Below are positions 58,619-64,000 of a stretch of DNA of 64,000 bases, piece after piece; position 1 is the first letter of the stretch, and every line of letters starts with the position of its first letter. This DNA comes from Candidatus Limnocylindria bacterium (GTDB lineage Bacteria; Chloroflexota; Limnocylindria; QHBO01), in the NCBI GenBank assembly GCA_038255505.1, contig JBBSLF010000001.1, positions 2,549-66,548 on the forward strand, in the 5' to 3' direction. The position numbers were made by a program, and so were the translations under genes. The notes beneath the pieces were generated by a model. That model was not told where the DNA came from. It was given only the letters and a program-made list of their open reading frames with translations, and ran no database searches.

Positions 58619-59776
58619 ATGATCAAGTTCCTGCTCGGTCGCCTGGTGCAGATGGCCATCCTGTTCGTCGTGTTCCTTACCTTGGTGTGGCTTCTGCTGC
58701 AGGCCATGCCGGGCGACATCAGCGATACCCTGACCGCCGATCCAAGCATTCCCGCATCTGAGCGCCTCAGGCTTCGGGAGAGGCTCGGTCTCGATCAGCC
58801 CCTTCTCACCCAGTACTTCACCTACATCACGAACTTTTTCCGAGGTGAGATGGGCGTCAGTTTCAGCCGTTATCCCCAAGGGGTGGCGGACATCTTGTGG
58901 ACCGCCCTTCCGCGCACCCTGGTTCTCTTCCTCTCCGCTACCCTCCTCGCGTTCTGGCTAGGCTTCAAAACCGGCAAGATGATCGCCTGGGGCCGCGGGG
59001 AACGATCCGAGCAGGGCCTGATCGTGTCGGGCATCTTTCTCCAGACCGTTTTCTACCCGTGGTTCGCCATCGTGATGCTGTGGTTCTTCGGCTTCGCCCT
59101 GGGGTGGTTCCCCATCGGGCGATTCATCGATGCACGACTGTGGCAGGGCTCACCCTATAACGCCAACGAGGTCTTCGGACAGATGATCCTGTCGGTCATC
59201 ATCGTGACGGTCGTCTATACCATCGGTCGCTACCTGATCAAGCGCTTCTCCACGAATCTCGTCACCCAGAACCGGCTCGGCCAGGGACTGGCACTACTCT
59301 CCATCGGAGCGCTGGTCCTTTATTGGTTTGTGAATCCCGCTCGCGACTATGTGGCTGACATTGCCCACCACACGATGCTCCCGGTCATCACCCTCGCACT
59401 GGTCGCCTTCGGAGCTATCATGCTCCTGACCCGAGCGGCCATGCTCGAGACGCTGGGCGAGGACTACATCCTCACCGCCCGAGCCAAAGGCTTGCCGGAT
59501 TGGGTGATTCGCGACCGCCACGCCGCCCGTAACGCCATGCTGCCGGTGACGACCTCCCTGGTCCTGGCGCTGGCATTCGTCATTGGCGGTGGTATCGTGA
59601 CCGAGACCATCTTCTCCTGGCCGGGAATGGGCCTGATCTTCCTTCAAGCCATCTCAGTATCCGACCTCCCGCTCGCGGTTGGCGCCCTCTCTATCACCGG
59701 AGTGCTTGCCCTGTTTGGCCACCTGCTGGCCGATGTCCTCTACGCAATGCTGGATCCAAGGATTCGAATCACATGA
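58619..59776 (+). CDS. ABC transporter permease (DppB/OppB-like)
   Basis: N-terminal TM and six-TM permease core. 385 aa. Confidence 0.8.
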   Translation: MIKFLLGRLVQMAILFVVFLTLVWLLLQAMPGDISDTLTADPSIPASERLRLRERLGLDQPLLTQYFTYITNFFRGEMGVSFSRYPQGVADILWTALPRTLVLFLSATLLAFWLGFKTGKMIAWGRGERSEQGLIVSGIFLQTVFYPWFAIVMLWFFGFALGWFPIGRFIDARLWQGSPYNANEVFGQMILSVIIVTVVYTIGRYLIKRFSTNLVTQNRLGQGLALLSIGALVLYWFVNPARDYVADIAHHTMLPVITLALVAFGAIMLLTRAAMLETLGEDYILTARAKGLPDWVIRDRHAARNAMLPVTTSLVLALAFVIGGGIVTETIFSWPGMGLIFLQAISVSDLPLAVGALSITGVLALFGHLLADVLYAMLDPRIRIT

Positions 59777-60924
59777 CCACTCCTCCAATCGAGGCCGATG
59801 ACGAGCACGCCCGATCTGGCCAAAGAGATCCTGACGGCGCGTCCACGCGAGAGCTGACTGACGGAGCAGACGTCCGAACCGTCCCCATATGGCGGATTCG
59901 CCTCAGACTGCTCGGCCGCTCTGTGGGGATGATGTGGGGACTCTTCCGCGGAAATCAGATGGGAATGCTCGGCCTGGGTCTCATCGCGATCTTCGCGGCG
60001 ATGGCCATCGCCCACCCCGTCCTGATGGCCACCGTGTGGGAGCCTCGCATCTACGACCCGGTCGTCGGCTACGACGCCGTGATGACGCAATACACCGTGG
60101 TCGAGGGCGAGCCGACGGACCCCACCGCGGAGATCTCGCTCACGGAGGCTCAACTCCGAATGAACCCGATGATCGACGTTGGGGAAGTGATCAACATTCC
60201 GACCCAGCCGGCTCCGCCGACGCTCACCGGCGAGACGCCGCACTACCTTGGCACGGACGCTCGGGGACGCGACATCCTCTCGCAGCTCCTCTTCAGCACC
60301 CGGGCAGCCTTCTTCCTCGGGGCGGTGGCCGCCCTGACCACCGTGTTCATCGCTACCGCGGTCGGTGCCATCGCCGCCTACTTCGGCGGGTGGATCGACG
60401 GCGGGCTGATGCGGTTCGCCGACCTGATCCTGCTCATGCCGCTGCTCCCGGTGCTGATCGTGCTGAGCGCGGTGCTCGAAATGTCAATGCTGGTGCTCGG
60501 GTTGATCATCGGCGTGTTGAGCGGCTTCGGCGGCGTGGCCATCGTGCTGAAGTCCCAGGCTCTTTCCATCACCGTCAAGTCGTACATCGACGCTGCCCGG
60601 GTGGCCGGCGGCGGACACTGGCACGTGATCTTCCGCCACATCATCCCGAACGTCCTGCCCTTGAGCTTCCTGTTCATGATGTTCGGCGTGACAGAGGCGA
60701 TCGCCATCGAGTCGACGCTCTCCTTCTTCGGCCTCCTCAACGTCGATATGACGTGGGGACTCATGATCAACAGTGCCCAGAACAACGGCTACCTGCTGAG
60801 CGGGACCTCCTACTGGTGGTTGCTGTTCCCGGCAGGGCTCGCGGTCACGTTCATCTGCTTCGGCTTCTTCCTCGTTGGCCGGGGCATGGACGAAGTGGTC
60901 AATCCCCGGCTCCGCTCCCGCTGA
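59773..60924 (+). CDS. ABC transporter permease (DppC/OppC-like)
   Basis: ATGA overlap with the upstream permease. Long N-terminal extracytoplasmic extension typical of OppC-like subunits. Confidence 0.8.
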   Translation: MTTPPIEADDEHARSGQRDPDGASTRELTDGADVRTVPIWRIRLRLLGRSVGMMWGLFRGNQMGMLGLGLIAIFAAMAIAHPVLMATVWEPRIYDPVVGYDAVMTQYTVVEGEPTDPTAEISLTEAQLRMNPMIDVGEVINIPTQPAPPTLTGETPHYLGTDARGRDILSQLLFSTRAAFFLGAVAALTTVFIATAVGAIAAYFGGWIDGGLMRFADLILLMPLLPVLIVLSAVLEMSMLVLGLIIGVLSGFGGVAIVLKSQALSITVKSYIDAARVAGGGHWHVIFRHIIPNVLPLSFLFMMFGVTEAIAIESTLSFFGLLNVDMTWGLMINSAQNNGYLLSGTSYWWLLFPAGLAVTFICFGFFLVGRGMDEVVNPRLRSR

Positions 60925-60940
60925 GCGCCAAGAGGAATCA

Positions 60941-61981
60941 ATGACGACATCCCTCGAGAACCTGGAAACACGCCAGATTGACCGGACCAAGCCGCTGCTG
61001 GAAGTGGACAGGCTGGTGATGCACTACAAGATCAAGGCCGGCGAGGTATCGGCCATCGAGGATGTTTCGTTCACCGTCCACCAGGGCGAAGCCGTAGGCC
61101 TCGTCGGCGAGTCCGGCTGCGGAAAGACGTCGGTCGCCCTGTCACTGCTGCGCCTGCTTCCTTCGAATGCCGAATATGTCTCCGGAGAGATCCGCTTCAA
61201 TGGAGAGGATCTGCTATACCTGAGCCCGGACGAAATGCGGCAGCACCGCTGGAAGGACATCGCCATGGTCTTCCAGGGGGCGATGAACTCGTGGAACCCG
61301 GTGTATCGGGTCGGCGATCAGATCCGGGAGACCCTCGACACTCACTACCGCGGTGCCATGAGCTACGACCAGCAGCGAGAGCACATGGAGAGGCTCTTCA
61401 GCTCGGTCGGTCTCACCCCGGAGATGCTTGATCGTTACCCTCACGAGTTTTCGGGTGGCATGCGCCAGCGCGCCGTCATCGCCATGGCCCTGGCCTGCAG
61501 TCCAGAGCTGATCATCGCGGACGAGCCGACCACCGCGCTCGACGTCATCGTCCAGGACCAGATCCTCAAGGAGCTCAAGCGGATCCAGGCGGAGCTGGGG
61601 ATGTCGATCATCTACATCTCCCACGATATCGCCGTCATTGCCGAGGTCACTGACTCACTTGGCGTCATGTACGCCGGCAAGCTGGTGGAGTACGGCCCGA
61701 CCAGCACCATCTTCGCCCGACCTCGCCACCCGTATGCGTATCTCCTCCTTCGTTCGACGCCATCGATCACGGGGCCACGCCGTGAACTGGCCCCCCTCGA
61801 GGGCGAGCCTCCTAACCTGCTCAGTCCGCCCACCGGGTGTCGGTTCCATCCCCGCTGTCCGTTCGCCACGGACAAGTGCGTCACAGACGAACCGCCGCTC
61901 GAGGAGATCGGTGACGGTCACCGGGTGGCATGCTGGCATCACGAACAGGTACCCGAGCTCGAGGAGGCCCTGCACCGATGA
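60941..61981 (+). CDS. ABC transporter ATP-binding protein (DppD/OppD-like)
   Basis: AAGAGGAA RBS then ATG at 60941. Walker A GESGCGKT, signature [13 protein letters not shown]-terminal oligopeptide-transporter extension with CRFHPRC. Confidence 0.85.
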   Translation: MTTSLENLETRQIDRTKPLLEVDRLVMHYKIKAGEVSAIEDVSFTVHQGEAVGLVGESGCGKTSVALSLLRLLPSNAEYVSGEIRFNGEDLLYLSPDEMRQHRWKDIAMVFQGAMNSWNPVYRVGDQIRETLDTHYRGAMSYDQQREHMERLFSSVGLTPEMLDRYPHEFSGGMRQRAVIAMALACSPELIIADEPTTALDVIVQDQILKELKRIQAELGMSIIYISHDIAVIAEVTDSLGVMYAGKLVEYGPTSTIFARPRHPYAYLLLRSTPSITGPRRELAPLEGEPPNLLSPPTGCRFHPRCPFATDKCVTDEPPLEEIGDGHRVACWHHEQVPELEEALHR

Positions 61982-63024
61982 CCGCCACCCTGCCGCCGCC
62001 CCGGACCGGCGAGCCGCTCGTCGAGATCCGCGACCTCGAGATGCACTTCCCCATCTCCAAGGGCCTGTTCCGCGCGCCAACGGACTTCGTGCATGCCGTG
62101 GACGGCATCAGCCTCGACATCGCGCCCGGCGAGAGCGTGGGTTTGGTGGGTGAGTCGGGATGCGGCAAGTCCAGCACCGGCCGAATGCTCGTCAAGCTCA
62201 TGGAGCCGACGGGTGGGAGCATCATGTTCCGGGACGGCGACTACCAGCGCGACGTGGCGAAGGTGAAGGGGTCCGAGATCAAGGACTTCCGCGCCCGCGT
62301 CCAGATGATCTTCCAGGATCCATACGAATCGATGAATCCACGCCGGACCATCTTCGATACGATCTCCGAGCCGATGGCCGTCCAGGGCGTCGGCTCCGTC
62401 GCGGAACGAGAGGAGCGGGTTCTTGAGCTGCTCCAACTCGTGGGACTGACGCCGGCCGCGAGCTTCCTGTTCCGTTATCCGCATGAACTATCGGGTGGAC
62501 AGCGCCAACGAGTGGCCGTCGCCCGCGCACTGGTCATGAACCCGACCTTCGTCGTGGCCGACGAACCGACATCGATGCTCGATGTCAGCATCAGGATCTC
62601 GATCATGGAGCTGATGACCAAGCTCGGCCGAGACCTTGGCGTGTCCTACCTCTACATCACCCATGATCTCGCGGTGGCCCGCTACATGTGCGACCGCATC
62701 GCGGTCATGTACCTGGGAAAGATCGTCGAGATCGGTCCGACCGAGGAGATCCTCGCGAATCCCAAGCACCCGTACACGCGGGCGCTCCTGTCGGCAGTAC
62801 CGGTGCCGGATCCAGCCCTGAAACGGCCGCCGGTCGAGATCAAGGGAGGCATTTCCGCGGCCATCAACCCTCCCCCGGAATGCCGTTTCATCCAGCGATG
62901 TCCGTTCGCGGCGCAGGTCTGTCAGGAAAATCCGCATCCGCCGCTCGAGCAGCAGGGCGACCGCCACTTCGTGGCGTGCTACCGGGTTGACGAGATCGAT
63001 AGCGAGACCGAGGCGGCGAGCTAG
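61978..63024 (+). CDS. ABC transporter ATP-binding protein (DppF/OppF-like)
   Basis: ATGA overlap. Walker A GESGCGKSS, signature LSGGQRQRVAVA, C-terminal CRFIQRCP. Confidence 0.85.
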   Translation: MTATLPPPRTGEPLVEIRDLEMHFPISKGLFRAPTDFVHAVDGISLDIAPGESVGLVGESGCGKSSTGRMLVKLMEPTGGSIMFRDGDYQRDVAKVKGSEIKDFRARVQMIFQDPYESMNPRRTIFDTISEPMAVQGVGSVAEREERVLELLQLVGLTPAASFLFRYPHELSGGQRQRVAVARALVMNPTFVVADEPTSMLDVSIRISIMELMTKLGRDLGVSYLYITHDLAVARYMCDRIAVMYLGKIVEIGPTEEILANPKHPYTRALLSAVPVPDPALKRPPVEIKGGISAAINPPPECRFIQRCPFAAQVCQENPHPPLEQQGDRHFVACYRVDEIDSETEAAS

Positions 63025-63314
63025 GCCGGAACCGGCTCCTCCTGCGACGCGTCGGCGTGCCCGTAGAGCGGCGTCTCGCGCGCAGCATCAGTCAGCATCG
63101 GGTCAAGCATTTTCTGGAGAGCGAGGGTGTGGGTGCAACCGCCCGCCGTTTCGAACAGGTGGCAGTCGCAATGCCAGGTGTCGCCGTCAAGGGTCACCGT
63201 GTGGCTGCCGTTGTCCCCGGCGAAGCTGCCGCGGAAGGTCTGGAGCTTCACGCGATCTGGCTCGTGGGCATAGCGCATAGCCTTCTCGACCTTGCCGATC
63301 ATGCTCGAATGCAC
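63021..63314 (-). CDS. Hypothetical small Cys/His-rich protein (97 aa)
   Basis: HCDCHLFETAGGCTH cluster. Convergent with the transporter operon. No family recognised. Confidence 0.35.
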   Translation of the reverse strand: MHSSMIGKVEKAMRYAHEPDRVKLQTFRGSFAGDNGSHTVTLDGDTWHCDCHLFETAGGCTHTLALQKMLDPMLTDAARETPLYGHADASQEEPVPA

Positions 63315-63329
63315 GCTGCTGTTACCTCC

Positions 63330-64000
63330 CTATGTGCTTGGCGGGTCCGATCCGGTGGCCCTGGCGAGCCGCTCCTTGAGCATTGCGAGCAGTGTAACCG
63401 GCGTCGGATCGGTCTGGTAAAGAATTGCGAGATACACGCTCACCAGGTCACCGTATGCGACCGTCGTGAGCACCCGCGCCAGCGGTGACGGGCCGCTCGC
63501 CCACACCTCCGAGCGGTTGGTGGCCCGCTCGCCGAGTAGCTCCTCGACGGCACGGTAGCGAGCGGCAAGCTGGTCGGGCTCATCGGGGTCGCGCAACTGG
63601 AGGATGTACAGCGCGTCGGACAGCTCGCGCGGATTGATGCTGCCCTCGATCGCGTTATGGTTCGCCTCGGGCATCGGCTCCCAGGCGGCCCAGGCCTTGG
63701 CGTTCTCGTTGAGCTGTGTCTTCCAGCGGTGCGCCACCGCCGCCATCGGCCCATGGCCATAGATGATCGGAATGCGACCGAACATCGACCACGCCAGCTG
63801 CTTGGCAGGGTTGGCATCGGTCTCGACCGATGGCGCGAAGCGATCAAGCAACTCTTCAATGGCGGACGCCGCCGGTCCGAGTGAATCCGGACTCTCGATC
63901 AGCCCCAGCCGCACCATCAGCTCATGGATGATGCCGGTGCCATAGCCGATGGCTGCCCGCGGTTGACCTCCGGCCTGGTACTTCAGCAGCGGGAGGCCAT
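63330..64000 (-). CDS. SIS-domain protein resembling bifunctional phosphoglucose/phosphomannose isomerase. C-terminal part only; the gene continues beyond the window.
   Basis: Frame is open to the window edge. IIYGHGPMAAVAHRWKTQLNENAK resembles the PGI/PMI family. Confidence 0.5.
   Translation of the reverse strand, partial: GLPLLKYQAGGQPRAAIGYGTGIIHELMVRLGLIESPDSLGPAASAIEELLDRFAPSVETDANPAKQLAWSMFGRIPIIYGHGPMAAVAHRWKTQLNENAKAWAAWEPMPEANHNAIEGSINPRELSDALYILQLRDPDEPDQLAARYRAVEELLGERATNRSEVWASGPSPLARVLTTVAYGDLVSVYLAILYQTDPTPVTLLAMLKERLARATGSDPPST

Overview
This is a high-GC (about 70%) bacterial chromosomal segment, densely packed with overlapping or tightly spaced genes and housekeeping in character. 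I found no rRNA, tRNA, CRISPR array, IS element or prophage.

Main blocks, left to right:
- Prepilin peptidase, a CsbD-like stress protein, leucyl aminopeptidase, and a Ser/Thr kinase translationally coupled (ATGA overlap) to an upstream membrane-anchored hypothetical protein.
- A purine/nucleoside salvage locus: adenosine deaminase, a HAD-IIA phosphatase, a BMP-family lipoprotein with a two-domain ABC ATPase and two permeases, and a nucleoside hydrolase. A second adenosine-deaminase paralog sits about 4 kb further right and deoC about 24 kb further right.
- ApbC/Mrp, two PIG-L deacetylases, YjbQ, a YyaL-type thioredoxin-domain protein, and LolD/FtsX-like and MsbA-like ABC exporters.
- A tight four-gene minus-strand operon of PolX, a polytopic membrane protein, a TPR protein with an acidic tail, and a 925-aa protein with split methyltransferase-like motifs and a zinc ribbon. 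This is my main candidate for an undescribed system.
- A full aldehyde dehydrogenase coupled to an N-terminal-only, degenerate ALDH paralog.
- A deoC / DsbA-like (CPWS) / ECF sigma / ogt operon.
- Ni-superoxide dismutase sodN with its maturation protease sodX.
- A 10-kb acc/fab supercluster (accD, accA, a lysine-less BCCP-like gene, fabD, accC, fabZ, fabF, accB, fabH, fabG) preceded by an ECF sigma factor, a tail-anchored small protein and birA.
- trpS with an AI-2E transporter.
- A btuFCD-like transporter behind a minus-strand cobalamin riboswitch that carries a triple 12-nt tandem repeat.
- A five-gene peptide/nickel-type (Dpp/Opp/Nik-like) ABC transporter operon.
- A partial PGI/PMI-like gene at the right edge.

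Non-coding observations:
- A dispersed repeat family built around a GTCATATGAC core, seen in two intergenic regions.
- Paired 17-bp palindromes upstream of apbC.
- Several perfect GC-rich hairpins.
- Many long antisense ORFs that are high-GC artefacts.
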